A DNA stretch of 63,138 nucleotides, filler included, from Craspedostauros australis (Eukaryota): NCBI GenBank assembly GCA_030167865.1. It is 14 parts of 14 records of this genome, joined end to end, with 100 filler letters (N's around TTAATTAATTAA, not from the genome) between each part and the next. Parts side by side here need not be neighbours in the genome. Positions count along the whole stretch, not along the records: positions 44,741 to 54,751 come from JALAGF010001417.1; positions 54,852 to 56,260 come from JALAGF010001418.1; positions 56,361 to 59,913 come from JALAGF010001419.1; positions 60,014 to 61,636 come from JALAGF010001423.1; positions 61,737 to 63,138 come from JALAGF010001427.1; 9 more parts are not named here. One strand, 5' to 3'. Numbering within the stretch: the first letter of the stretch is position 1; every line of letters starts with the position of its first letter. Position numbers and translations under genes: made by a program. Below the pieces are notes generated by a model, which ran no database searches, was not told where the DNA came from, and saw nothing but the letters and a program-made list of their open reading frames with translations. Shown here piece by piece: positions 50,831 to 63,027 of this stretch.

Positions 50831-51053
50831 CTTTCCAGCCAGTTGATGGCCGGGGTCGTGGCTGCTTGTGCTGCTTGTGGCGATGCTGCTGGCACTGCTA
50901 CGGTGATCGACATCGAGAGAATGAACAGGAAGAGAATGGATCAGAAGATGAGTAATTGTATGGGACACATGCTGCTTCTGTTCTTTCCGCAATGATCAGT
51001 CTTTGAATGCTTTGACAATGTGCTTGGGTGCGAAACGACCGTCGGATTGGGCG

Positions 51054-51130
51054 GTTGATTGGATGGTTGATTGAATGGTTGATTGAATGGTCGATTGAAT
51101 GGTCGATTGCATGGTCGATTGCATGGTTGA
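51054..51130. repeat. 12-bp tandem repeat (GGTYGATTGVAT), ~6.5 copies, upstream of the HMG-box gene
   Basis: Directly visible, with stepwise sequence drift along the array. Confidence 0.85.
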
Positions 51131-54100
51131 CGCACTGTTCGGTTCATTCTTTTCGTGCTGGATGCCTGAGAGGATACGTGGGCGGATGGATGGATGGATG
51201 GCTGGAGAGACCGGTCAAGGACAACACTATGCGAGATTGTGCGCGCACGGACGCATCGACGAGTCCGAGTCCACCATGAGATTAGAGCGATCTCTACACT
51301 CCAACTTACCGTTGTACGGGCTGGATATTGCCGGCAGCGCTGTGTCTTGCAGGAACGCGAGGGGTTTCTTGTCACTTTGTTGCCTTCTTCTTCTTCTTCT
51401 TCTTCTCTTGCGGTGAGGGTTTGGAGTGAGCTACGTTTGTGAGTGGGTGCCGGGTGGGAGTTGTGCGCTCGTGTTCGTCTGCTGTCCGAGGTTGCTGTGC
51501 TTTTTCACTGCTGGTGGCAACGGATAGCGTGTGGATGTGACACAGCACGAATTTGTACCAGTGTCCGATTCGCAGCTTAGTCGCACGGGGATGGGAGAAA
51601 CGGCAATCGTGGAGACTTCGTTACTCCTCTCGCAGCGTCCGGCCCTCGCGTGATTGCTTGCAACAACGACCGACTGGAGCAAGAGAGAGAGAGAGAGCAG
51701 ACAAGGTTCGCGATACCCGCGTTTTCCTCTCCGACTCGTTGTTTCTGATGCCTGTTGAGGAACTTTGTATCTGCTGCAGAGAGAGAACAGATTGAGAACT
51801 TGGAGACTGCCACCCTGTTGTGAGATTTGTGACACGGAAGAGCTTGGGTACCTGTTGTTGCAGTGGAGTTTGTCGCGTTTTATGTGGGGATCGAGCGAAG
51901 GCAAGCAGCAATGGCGTGTGTTCCTTTCTGTGTTGATGTGTTGCCGTGTTGCCGTGTTGTGATGTTGCTCCTCAGGCGGTCATGTGGCAAGGGATGAGTT
52001 CTGCGAGCGGGAGATCGACGGTGGTGTGATGGCGTTGTGGTGGTGCTAAAACTGCGCTGCCTGGATTGTGTTGTTTTGAGGTGTGGGTGGGTGTGGTACG
52101 GTGCGGATAGTGATTGATGTTTCTGTTGCGATGGTGTGATTTGTGCTCAGAGAATATCACGGGATTGGGCTATTGTTGTTGTGAACGGCGTTGTTGATGT
52201 TGCTGTTGTTGTTGGCGTTGCTGTTGATGTTGATGTTCCCTCCGCCGTTTGTTGCCGTTTGTTGTTGTCTCTCTTGTGGTGTGATGGAAACTTTATGGGA
52301 GGATTGAGAAGAGCCCACTCCGTCGTGCGTACCTATACGGGTGCACGTGCCTGTGCATCGCCTGCAGAGTAGAGCACACGCACAATGCTATTGGCTATGA
52401 CACTCATCACAGGAGCAGGCGCCGCACAACAACACCAACAACACAGACACGAACACTAGAAAAAATGGGTGGTCCCTCTCCGCTTCATTTGCTGGAAATA
52501 TTTATTGCTTTCACTCCCTCTGCAGCGCTGTTGTATGAGGAATGCGCTTCTGTGGTGCCATCATTCAACCGAACGAATCGTGTTCCATACGAAATGAGTT
52601 ACATATGCCACGAATCATGAACGCTAAGAGTTCAATCACGAGACCCTCTAACAACGCACCCAAAGAGACAAATGGAGTGCCTGGGATGGTTTGGTGTTGG
52701 TTGAACTGCTCAAACCGCTTCCCCAGTGACGACACATGCATTTTGTCAATCCCTTCCCGTGTGCCCTCACGCAAGCTCCGAGCCAGACCCAACAGCAAGG
52801 AGAGCAGGTTCCACGGCAACGTCAAACACACACATCCACAAACGAGCACGCCTCGAGGATAAGTATGTGCGATGAATTATCGCAACCACGATAAAAATGA
52901 GGGTCTTGGGTTGGTCTTGACGTCCGAGGGACTTAAACCTCCAGGCTTCTCTGTACCATACGACTACGTACCAAACTCGTACGAACGGGCTGCCGTACGT
53001 AGCACAAAGCATCAATCAGAAACAACACAGGCCATGGATGACAAACACTTTGGAGACATGCATCACCACAGAGGGGTCTTGTGTGCGAATACTTATCACA
53101 TCTTTGTCCGTCAGTTGTGCAACTCCAACACAACAGAACCCCGAGATGCTGGAAACGACACTCCGCGGAACGCGATGGAGTACCGTGTGCCATGAGTATG
53201 ATGCTTTACTGCGTCACGACCGAATGATGGGACGCAGGAGCCACAAACCGTGGCGCGTGTTGTGTGGTCTGTTGGATTCTCGGTGCCAAAAAACGAGGCA
53301 AAGAGACCTGCCCCAAACTAACACAATCTTCAACCACCGCGCGAGCATGGCGCCATACTTGTTTGGATGAGTAACGTATTCATGTACCATGTATGCTTTT
53401 ACGCCAGACACGCACAGTTCACAACTCAGAAATCGTGTTTGTTGAAACTGGACAGGCGAATAACGCAAATAGCTCGCTTCCTACCGTTGGCGGGTGGGTG
53501 GATGGAGATGCAGCTCGTGCGGCTTGGCGCGCCGCAGTCGTACCGCAGCCGTACCGTATCGCACGACTGTCCGCCGGAGCAAATGACGAAGACAGTTCGG
53601 CTGCTCCGTTCCTTGTTCTTGAGTTATTAGTGAATCCTCAGGTTGCGTCGCCGCTGCAGAGCCACCTCCCACATCCTCCGCCAGAGTGCTGCTGCTGCTG
53701 TCTCTCCCTCTTCAAAGAGAAAGAGAGAGAGAGAGAGAGAGGCACACTCGAACGACGAGCAACTCGCATGCCACACACGAGAAGGAAGAGAAAGTTGCTC
53801 GTGGTGGCAGAGACGTGTTCGTGCGACACCAAGAGACTCGTTGTTGTGCCCCCTTCTGTCAGTAGGGTGTCCCAAACATCAACCTTATCGTTCGCAATAC
53901 GACCCCATTCAGGACAAAGAGGTAGTATCCTGCCGATTTTTATCGGACAACATGACTTTTTTGGCTAACGATGTGGCGTGTTGTCCATTAGGGCCATATT
54001 TAATTAGCTAGCTTCTACGACACAAATACCTGGCTGACTTGTCTTCAGCGTGGACGAAAATGCTGACGTCAACGACGGTCGATGTCAGACCACGATTGTA

Positions 54101-54384
54101 TTCAATGGTGTGGATGGTGATGTTGCGGCAGTTTCGGTGTCGCGTTGATTCCTCACGTTGTTGATGATTTGGCTCGGTTGCGTGTTTCCTCCTTCGAGCG
54201 TGTTGTGCAAAGCAGCACAGCGTTGGTGGTGGCACCCCTGCGCGTCAGCTGCAACAGCAACATTTGCGAATACCACACAACACATAATTATATTATATAA
54301 TGTCATGGAGCACACTACATTTTTCTTTGGTATGGAAAATAAATAAATAACTCAGTGATGACATCATAGATGTGCCATAAGGCT

Positions 54385-54751
54385 TTACCCTCGCCTCCAC
54401 GGCCCCGTGGGGCAATGTTTTGAGCGAGCTGTCAAGTGTCCCTTCTCAAGCCATCCCCAGCCACGACGCCATGCTCGCCTCTCGGCTTGTATCGTTCGCG
54501 ATCGTCGCCGCACTTTCACCGCCACTTGGATGGCTATCACAGAGTTCAACCACTGTTTCATTTGTTCCTCCGTACCGTACTTGATACTGCAGCCTTCTTG
54601 GAGTAGATGTAGCTCTGATTCGTTGATGTCCTGGCTTGCACCTTGTATCAGTCTCCGTACCTGCCTACGCAAGTCCCTCGCGGCCGGGTGTTGTTCTTCG
54701 TCATGCACTTTGGCGTTCCTGGTCATCCACACCTCCCAGGGCACTTTCCGT
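54385..54751 (-). mobile_element. 3' end of a non-LTR (LINE-like) retrotransposon ORF, truncated by the contig end
   Basis: W.VW..RN..VH ... L.HLL ... KQWL.SV resembles the C-terminal tail of diatom non-LTR ORF2 proteins. A short (TATT)n follows on the minus strand. Confidence 0.55.
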
Positions 54752-55430
54752 NNNNNNNNNNNNNNNNNNNNNNNNNNNNNNNNNNNNNNNNNNNNTTAAT
54801 TAATTAANNNNNNNNNNNNNNNNNNNNNNNNNNNNNNNNNNNNNNNNNNNNGAGGAAATTCACTAACCAGCCATTTCGAAGTGCCGATTTGCACTAACCA
54901 GCCTGATTTGACAACACTTAGTGGCACAAAACGTGCGAATGTCGAAGCGACATCCCATGGACACAGAGATTTCTTGTCGACATCCGAGGTTAGCACATAA
55001 ATGTAGACTACCTGTACCATGCACAAAAAGTACAATCCACATCATACATGATTGCCATACTAGTCATACAATGCAAGTAAATAGTTCATCCGAATATATG
55101 ACGTCCAGTGAAGGGAATTAATGCCTACTTTAGTCGTAGATATGCGCATCATCCATCCATTTGCTCCGATTCTTTGCGCCATGGATCGTGTTCTGACCAA
55201 GTGTATCATAGGAAAAGATAGTCATAGAAAATTTACACAAATGTCATCACATCAATGGCAATTCAGTGTGTTTGGGGTAGCTTTTGAGGATCTGTATCCT
55301 TCTGGAAGGGGTCACACTATCCAAATCTAGGAATCTAGTGATGCAGTGCCAGACGAATCGCGCTGAAGAGTATGCAGAACGATTGTGCATATAAATGTAG
55401 ATAACAATGCCATCGAACCCGGCGCCCACA

Positions 55431-55665
55431 TACAACACACCCCAAAGTGTCTGGTCACGAAGTATGAGGTCTCCAGCCCATCTGGAAGGCATCCATATCT
55501 GAGAATCTAGATTTGGTGTGGTGTTGTGGGTGGTCGTACTGTGACCTACGCACAATACTGTGCAGTAGATTGTCAAAATGTGCATATAAAATGTCGATCA
55601 CAATCGAATCCAACCTTGCGCCGACTTACAACACACCCCAAAGTGTCTGGTCACGAAGTATGAGG
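55431..55665. repeat. Exact 39-bp direct repeat, two copies 196 bp apart, inside longer diverged units
   Basis: TACAACACACCCCAAAGTGTCTGGTCACGAAGTATGAGG at 55431-55469 and 55627-55665. Confidence 0.9.
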
Positions 55666-56360
55666 CCTCCAATCGGTCAGGAATGTATCGGTGTGGAAGG
55701 GTCGGTCCAGCCTCATGCCAAGGTCATCGTGCCGCCTCACAAGGCACCAATAGAAATCTAGATTCCCGGATATGTGTCAGGAATCGAGGGTACGACTATG
55801 TCGTATTATCCTAGATTGCCGCACCTCCCATAATACCAAAATTAGACTCACCGATCTATCAAAGTCGGACACGCTCCCAAGTCTATTGTGGACCTCCTCC
55901 TCTGTGNNNNNNNNNNNNNNNNNNNNNNNNNNNNNNNNNNNNNNNNNNNNNNNNNNNNNNNNNNNNNNNNNNNNNNNNNNNNNNNNNNNNNNNNNNNNNN
56001 NNNNNNNNNNNNNNNNNNNNNNNNNNNNNNNNNNNNNNNNNGTTAACCTGAAACATCTATGCAAGAACGCAATCACGGATTGAATCGCTCGGAACCCAGA
56101 ACATGATTACGTGACCGACAGAGAACCAGCGAAGGAGAACAAAGCACGGACTGGAACAACATCGAAGGACTGGACCGATCGTGCCAGAACTCCATGTTCT
56201 GACCAAGTGTGATTGTCGATGAGCATGTGAGAGGAGTGAGTGAACAACACGGATGAGTGTNNNNNNNNNNNNNNNNNNNNNNNNNNNNNNNNNNNNNNNN
56301 NNNNTTAATTAATTAANNNNNNNNNNNNNNNNNNNNNNNNNNNNNNNNNNNNNNNNNNNN

Positions 56361-59300
56361 AACGTCGACGAGCTGCAGGCACTCACCAAGATCATTCCCA
56401 ACCTCGTCGACGTCGTCGGCAGTGATGCCCTATGCCACGCGCACATGCAAGACAACGACGGCGACGAAAGCACCGTCCTTTCTGCCAGCCAACGTGCGCA
56501 AACAACAGAAGGCTTCAAGGAGCAGTCCATTCGACTCAAGTTCGCCTTCCGGCGATTCATCAAGATCATCTGCAGTTGCTGTCCCCTCGTGTGGGTATCC
56601 GACGATGTCCAATGGGCAGACAAGGAGTCACTCAACATGATCGAGTCATGGATGCTTGATACCACCATCTCCTCTCTCATGGTCGTCATCTGCTTCCGAT
56701 CCAACCTCGTCAACATGGAGGGAGCCAGCAACGGCCGTGCTTCGGACTTGGCTTCAGTAGCCACATCCCACACAATCGACCTGGTTGGCCAGATGCTGAC
56801 ATCCATCCAGAAGAAGAAGCGCGAGCGCTTCATCCGCTACGTTGATCTCGAGGTCAACAACCTATCTCTGGACAACGTCCATGGAATGGTCAAGCAGCTA
56901 CTGGGAATCTACAGCAACGACGGTGAAGGTAGCGAGGGCTGCGATAACGGCACTGCTGAGACTGCCAACAGCAGCAGCAGCAGCAGCAGCTACGGATTAG
57001 CAGAAATCGCGTACAAGAAGACGGATGGAAACGTCTTCTTCGTCCAGCAGTTCATCCGGATGCTCGTCAAGGACACCCTGCTGTCATACGACATCGCATC
57101 GATGAAGTGGGTGTGGGACAACGATCAGATCAAGCGAGAGACTCCAGCAACCATCAACGTGGTGGAGCTGATGGAGCTGAAGCTTCAGCAGATCGATACG
57201 GCGCAGTACCTGCTGCCGCTAGCCGCTTGTCTTGGATCTACGTTTTCGTGGCTGCTGTTGCGAACGGCGCTGGAGGGATTTGTGGCGAACGATGCAGCGG
57301 GCGAGGACGGGCATCGTGCATTGTACGAAATGCTGTTTGGTGGGCCACCACCGGCAACCGAGAATGAATGGTTGGGCATCCTGAAGATCTACGAAGAGGA
57401 GGGACTCATCGAGGCTCACACTACTACTGACAAGGCCCACGCCCACTTAGCCGATGAATCCTCGCTTGCGGCACAGACCTCCACAGCAGCTGCGTATTCG
57501 TTCATCCACGACAAGGTCCAGGAAGCAGCGCTTGGAATGATCGCATCGAAGGTGCACCTTCTGGAGCTGCAGCACCGCATCGGACTCATCCTGATGGATA
57601 GGTTGTCGCTGGATGACTTCGAGTCGTCGTTGTTCGTGGTGGTGAATCTCCTCAACAGTCGCTTGGACATGGTTCCACTGTACCCATCGTCACTGCAGTC
57701 ATCAGCATCGTTGATGTCAACGGAAGGTACTGATATCACACAAACACGACGTTTCCAGGTTGCGAAGCTCAACTTCGACGCTGGTACCATTGCTGCATCG
57801 CATGCAGCCTTCCGACCGGCTTTCAAGTACTTCCAAAACGCCATCGATATGATGCCAGCTGATCACTGGCGGTCCCAATACGACATGAGCCTCCAACTCT
57901 TCTCGTCAGCCGCAGAGTGTGCTTATGTGAGCAACAGGTTTGACAAGATGAAGAAGTACGGCAATGAGGTGATCAAGCAAACGGACTCTCCATTGATCGA
58001 CAAGATGAGGGCGTATCATGTCCTGATGGAGGGAGACCTCGCCATGATTCAGCAAACCAAAGCGAGCGATGTGTTGAATCTGGGCACCGAGTTGATGGCC
58101 AAGCTTGGGTATCGATACCCCAAGAACAGCACCATGAGGCTATTCACAGTCATCACAAAACTCATGAAGCTGAAGGCATCCGCAAAGAAGTGGACGGTTG
58201 AGTACTTGGATTCCATGCAGCCGTCTGAAGATCCCATGGACGAACTCATCAGGAACACCATCAACAGGCATGCGTGGAGTGCAGCGATTTGCGATCCAGG
58301 GATACTCGCTCTGATCACCATCGATTCTGTCAATAGTGCGATGACGACAGGAAGGACCAGCCTCACGCCAATTGCCATTGTAAGCCTAGGTCTGTTGCTC
58401 GGCCCCATTCTGGGCGATATGGAAGCCGGAGGGCTGTACGCTAACTATGCAATGAAAATGAACGAAACAAACAGCAATTCGGCAGCGGCTCGCGCGACTA
58501 TGGTCGCGTACGGCATGGTGATCAACAACCTCATTCCGTATGAAGATTGCAAGCAGCCATTGCTGGATGCCCACCCACAAGGTATGGCTGGTGGCGATAC
58601 TCAGGTCGCGATGGGTGCCATCCTCTTCTACCTGGACCTGTGCCTTCTAACTGCGAAGCCATTGGAAGGCTTGGACGCAGACTTTTCCACATACACGAAG
58701 GTCTGCGAAGACTACAGCCAGCACAAGTCAGCTGAGCAGCTGTCCATTAGATGGCAAATGGTCTTGAATCTAAGAGGGCGCTCCGACCAACAAGCGCTCC
58801 TTGTCGGCGAAGTCTTCAATGAAGCATTGGCCATGGAGCGCATCAAGCAAACCAAGGATGAAGCGCTATGGTCTGGCGTGCTTCAAATTAGACTGTTCAC
58901 AGCGACATACTTCGGTGAGTACGAATATGCTGTCAAGATTGTGCTCGAGATACTTGACAATGGCATAAAGTTTACGCCCGGATACATTTTGTCAACAACC
59001 ACGAGATTCCTTTCCTCTTTGGTTGCAACAATTGTTGGGCACCAAAACAAGCAACTTTCAAGAAGCAAACGCTCCAAGATCAAGCAGCTGGCCCATACAT
59101 CGCGCAAAGCTCTTCGCCTTGCTGTGAAGCAGAAGAACCCAAATGCCGTGCATTGTCTCGCCATCCTCGAGGCAGAGAGAGCCGCATGGAAGGCACACAA
59201 GAAGAGAAAGCGAGACAGTGAATTCCGGGCTGCCGTCAAGCTGTACCAAGACGCAATCCGGATTTCTGCACGGACGGGATCCTCCCAAAATCAAGCACTG

Positions 59301-59456
59301 GCAAACGAACGGCTGGGCGAGCACATGTTGTTGGAGAGCGACACAGAGGGGGCGGTCTATCATTTCAACGAGGCAGTTCGGCTGTATCAGGAATGGGGTG
59401 CCAGTCAGAAGGCGGCGTTGCTACAAGAGCGCAGTGAATTTATCGGGCGTCCATGA
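56361..59456 (+). CDS. STAND-class AAA ATPase (AAA_16-like) with TPR-like helical repeats, 5'-truncated
   Basis: Walker B LVWVSDDVQWAD, KTDGNVFF (GxP-equivalent), AACLG, YSFIHDKVQEAA (hHD), W...YD.SL.L...AAE, ALANERLG, Y.EWGA..KA. Walker A is missing at the contig start. Confidence 0.85.
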   Translation, partial: NVDELQALTKIIPNLVDVVGSDALCHAHMQDNDGDESTVLSASQRAQTTEGFKEQSIRLKFAFRRFIKIICSCCPLVWVSDDVQWADKESLNMIESWMLDTTISSLMVVICFRSNLVNMEGASNGRASDLASVATSHTIDLVGQMLTSIQKKKRERFIRYVDLEVNNLSLDNVHGMVKQLLGIYSNDGEGSEGCDNGTAETANSSSSSSSYGLAEIAYKKTDGNVFFVQQFIRMLVKDTLLSYDIASMKWVWDNDQIKRETPATINVVELMELKLQQIDTAQYLLPLAACLGSTFSWLLLRTALEGFVANDAAGEDGHRALYEMLFGGPPPATENEWLGILKIYEEEGLIEAHTTTDKAHAHLADESSLAAQTSTAAAYSFIHDKVQEAALGMIASKVHLLELQHRIGLILMDRLSLDDFESSLFVVVNLLNSRLDMVPLYPSSLQSSASLMSTEGTDITQTRRFQVAKLNFDAGTIAASHAAFRPAFKYFQNAIDMMPADHWRSQYDMSLQLFSSAAECAYVSNRFDKMKKYGNEVIKQTDSPLIDKMRAYHVLMEGDLAMIQQTKASDVLNLGTELMAKLGYRYPKNSTMRLFTVITKLMKLKASAKKWTVEYLDSMQPSEDPMDELIRNTINRHAWSAAICDPGILALITIDSVNSAMTTGRTSLTPIAIVSLGLLLGPILGDMEAGGLYANYAMKMNETNSNSAAARATMVAYGMVINNLIPYEDCKQPLLDAHPQGMAGGDTQVAMGAILFYLDLCLLTAKPLEGLDADFSTYTKVCEDYSQHKSAEQLSIRWQMVLNLRGRSDQQALLVGEVFNEALAMERIKQTKDEALWSGVLQIRLFTATYFGEYEYAVKIVLEILDNGIKFTPGYILSTTTRFLSSLVATIVGHQNKQLSRSKRSKIKQLAHTSRKALRLAVKQKNPNAVHCLAILEAERAAWKAHKKRKRDSEFRAAVKLYQDAIRISARTGSSQNQALANERLGEHMLLESDTEGAVYHFNEAVRLYQEWGASQKAALLQERSEFIGRP

Positions 59457-60689
59457 TGCGCCAACGACATCAGCAATAGAGCTAAATCAACACTGATTCT
59501 ACCATACATACGTAGACAAGTAAATTTGATAGACCGTGAAACCTTCGCATGTCCTCATTCCCGCAAGATCCGAACACGAAGATGCTTGGAAGCTAGAGCG
59601 GTTTGGAAGTTAGAGTCTCCTTCATGCAGCCCTTGGATCTAGGTCTAAGCATCCTATGGAGCTCAGACGACACCCGCACTCTCCTCGGAATCAGATAAAA
59701 GGGTCCCACGAGTATGACCAACGTCTTTCTCAGACGCAAACAACAGCGCGACCACCCTCACAGACAGCACAGCAGCAAGGAAACAGATAATCCGCGCATC
59801 AAGCTCTGCCAGGTATCAGCTACTACGACCACAGGTTTAAGCCGTCCCATTGGGCTCTATAATAGTGTGTCTAAACTGTTCTATCCGATCACTGTCAAGG
59901 TTTATGTTCAGCGNNNNNNNNNNNNNNNNNNNNNNNNNNNNNNNNNNNNNNNNNNNNTTAATTAATTAANNNNNNNNNNNNNNNNNNNNNNNNNNNNNNN
60001 NNNNNNNNNNNNNAGTTCCAAACATCTAAAGGCAACCATCGAGATGACCGGAGGGAGGAACTGAAATGAAGTGGGACCAGTGAGGCAACAGAAGACCAAA
60101 GGAGAGGTACCTACAGGTCTACGAGTATGAACTTGACGAATGTAGGTACTCTCCAATCCTCAGCTAAGCAAGCGATGAACCACAATGAAAGCAAGATGAA
60201 GATGCAGACGAAAGGAGCCAAGCTAAAGGGTGTGACCTCGGGTGGCTACTGCAGATCATGCTTGTTGTGAAATTGGAATCGAAAGGAGATGAGCATGTTG
60301 TGCTCACAGTTCTAAAACGGTACAGACTGATAACAGATTAGTCTACTACTATAACCCCGGATTTCCAACACATTCTGTCCGAGAACTTCAGATCAATCGA
60401 AGAGATTCTTGCCAATTCGGTTGTCATCAACCGCATATTGGAAGCGAATGAGACAGAGACGATTCCAGAGACGATTCCAGAGACGGACCTGCACTACATC
60501 CTTGGAGGATGCATGCGCGTGCTCTCATGCGAACGACCACGCGTCAGCCCATATGATCCAGCCACACGATCACATCGAAACAGTACGATTCCATCGGACT
60601 ATGCGCAACTACCCGATAACATGGACGATGAGGACCACCGCAATCCACACAACGGAGATGGAGTCCACGAAGACGACGATGACGGCAGC

Positions 60690-60836
60690 TTTAACGACGA
60701 GATAGCTGCGGCAGCTGTGGAGCAGCTTCATGAGCTGAGCACCAAGTACAAGGACAAGGTCAACAAGGACACCTGGCTCGCCAACAGCGGAGCTTCGTGT
60801 CACATCGTCAACTCGGACGCCGCTCTCTTCAACCGT
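60690..60836 (+). pseudogene. Copia Gag/protease fragment with a mutated catalytic motif, broken by telomere-like sequence
   Basis: DTWLANSGASCHIVNSD..LFN, the Copia protease W.lDSGAS.H motif with D->N. The frame ends at TTAGGGTTAGGG. Confidence 0.65.
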
Positions 60837-61536
60837 TAGGGTTAGGGTTTAACAAAACTGGAAGTTTGTCATACTTTCAGCACGTCTAGATTCCACCACC
60901 GTAGACTGATCTGTGTGGAAACCATGTTAAAGCATGATTGCTGCACTCTTGTGCAACTCGTTTGGTGGGAGGTACGCTGTTTCGCGTGATATCGTTGGTT
61001 CATTGTGTGTTGGGGTTAGGGTTTACATAAACCTGTAACCTTAGGGTAACAACCGTGTTATTTCAAAAAGTGAAATTCCAACACAATCGAAGACAAGTGC
61101 TCACAGCAGCTCATCTGTATCCATGCACTGTCATGTCAAAAATGTGTAGCGTGTTGTATCCCACATTATTTGAGATATTTTGTGTCATGGTGTGCAGTGT
61201 CATAGCCACATGTGATACCATGTGTGTCAGGAATCGGGTGTTCTGAAACACCATATTGCCGCACCTCCCAAGAGTAAGGAGCCGAACGTGGGGATATTCT
61301 ACATTACCGCAACTCCCACGTTTGATCANTGTGACACAGAAAAATGTGAGCTGCACGTAACTCGCGGTGGAGAACGCCACGTGCCGAATGCGAACCATGC
61401 CTGACGTTCATGACTCCAATGCAGGAATGCGAATCACACGTGTATGTCGCAGGGGGCGGGGATGTTGGAATCGTGACCAACATCACGATACGAGCGACAA
61501 CGGCCCCCACGTCGCAACCAATGAGATAAGAGTACT

Positions 61537-61584
61537 GGGAACGAACCTGGAGACGAACCTAGGAACGAACCTGGGAACGAACCT
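61537..61584. repeat. 12-bp tandem repeat (GGGAACGAACCT-like), 4 copies
   Basis: Directly visible near the contig end. Confidence 0.85.
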
Positions 61585-61993
61585 GGTATGAGGAACATCC
61601 AGGAAGCCGGTGAAGTGATCGGCGAAGAAACAATCANNNNNNNNNNNNNNNNNNNNNNNNNNNNNNNNNNNNNNNNNNNNTTAATTAATTAANNNNNNNN
61701 NNNNNNNNNNNNNNNNNNNNNNNNNNNNNNNNNNNNTGAGTCGTGATAAAGTAGACTAAAATAGAGCACATCCAACACCATCCAAATTACTGCTTATGAT
61801 GTTATATCTCGACACCATATAGGTTAAAATTAAAAATATACAGTGCATTCGGAAGCTTGGCTATCGCTTATTCTGAATATCGAAGTTGAATTTGTATGAA
61901 CTTTATTTTTAATGTCCTTTTGGCTTGCTGTCTGTCAGGTGGTGGATTCCAAAAATTCTCGATGGCACCATGGTGCCCTACCTTCATCACCCA

Positions 61994-63027
61994 TGATCAT
62001 CATTATCATCCCTGACATTTTCACAATCTGCGCACCACACTGGCTCCGGATACCCCCCATCTATCCACTCCATGAAGGACAGAAAAATCTGGGCGCATTG
62101 GATATCCCAAAGGCTCCCTGCACTGAAACGCAGAANTTTCGAACACCCGATTCCGACNCGGATGCCNTTCNNATTTGGATCNGTATCTCGTCGATACGAT
62201 CCTTGCAGNTCCTCCACATGCNCCNCATGCGTTCCCACATTCTCTGGCGACACACTGATGTGTTCAGAATGGGTGGGGCGCTCATACCTCCAAAGGTACA
62301 CCTCCATGTGATGACGCCACCATGCTGTCTTTCCGACACCCCAAAAAAACCATTTCGTGTGCATCCCAGGCTGCAGCCTCTTCCAGACCTTTGATTTGTC
62401 CGGCGCTTCATGAACCGATCCCTGAGTTGATTCCGAACACATCTTGTATGGGTGGCTTGGCGATTTGGGTGACTTGTGAACGGCACCCATCACCAGCGAA
62501 GTCACGTGATGTGTCCGCCGCCACCCACCAAAAAACTCTTGCCCTCCACTTGTTTCTTGCGGAGGGCACCTTCCAGGCCACCCCCGACCCTCAAACTTCG
62601 TGTGCATCTTCATCGCATCCTCTTGGATGCGTCTTGTCCATCAATAGTTGTTGGAATGGCCTGTGCATTCCAGGCAGAGACCATATCCAACGAGCAGATT
62701 TTGCTCGGAATCGTGTCGCTTGCGCGTGGGCCTGCCACGGCCCCAAATAAACCAGGATGGCATCCCCCTCTCGCTCATCCACCAAAATTTACATGGCGGT
62801 TCCGCCTATGCGCTCAGATCTTGCACTGAACCGCTGCTTGTCGCAGTGACGATGATGCCGTTCGACGGCGCTTGAGGAGTTTTGTTGTGTTTCTCCATTG
62901 TCGTGTTGTTGTGTTGTGTTCGGTGTTCTCAAACAGTTTTTGCTGTTGAGGCCATGGAGAAAACCCACAATTCTACCGAATGTGCCCATCAATGAGAACA
63001 CTTTGCGAGTCCCGAATTTCGCCTCCA
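61994..63027. repeat. Dispersed ~1-kb repeat, copy 2
   Basis: Matches 42892-43926. Ambiguous bases cluster at the same place as the N-gap in copy 1. Confidence 0.85.

Noticed and set aside
51400..54350. ~3-kb stretch with many short ORFs
   Set aside because: Microsatellite-rich upstream/intergenic sequence with no coding signal.
54852..54930. Repeated CACTAACCAGCC at a contig start as a transposon TIR
   Set aside because: No matching inverted end or transposase in the window.
55431..55665. 39-bp repeat as a CRISPR mini-array
   Set aside because: Only two copies with a 157-bp interval, and the flanks are also partly repeated.
18756..61736. Recurring TTAATTAATTAA between N-runs as a biological repeat, and gene/TE neighbourhoods spanning them
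   Set aside because: Assembly linker with six-frame stops. Cross-linker adjacency (e.g. LRR, STAND and cyclase genes as an 'immune island') is unsupported.
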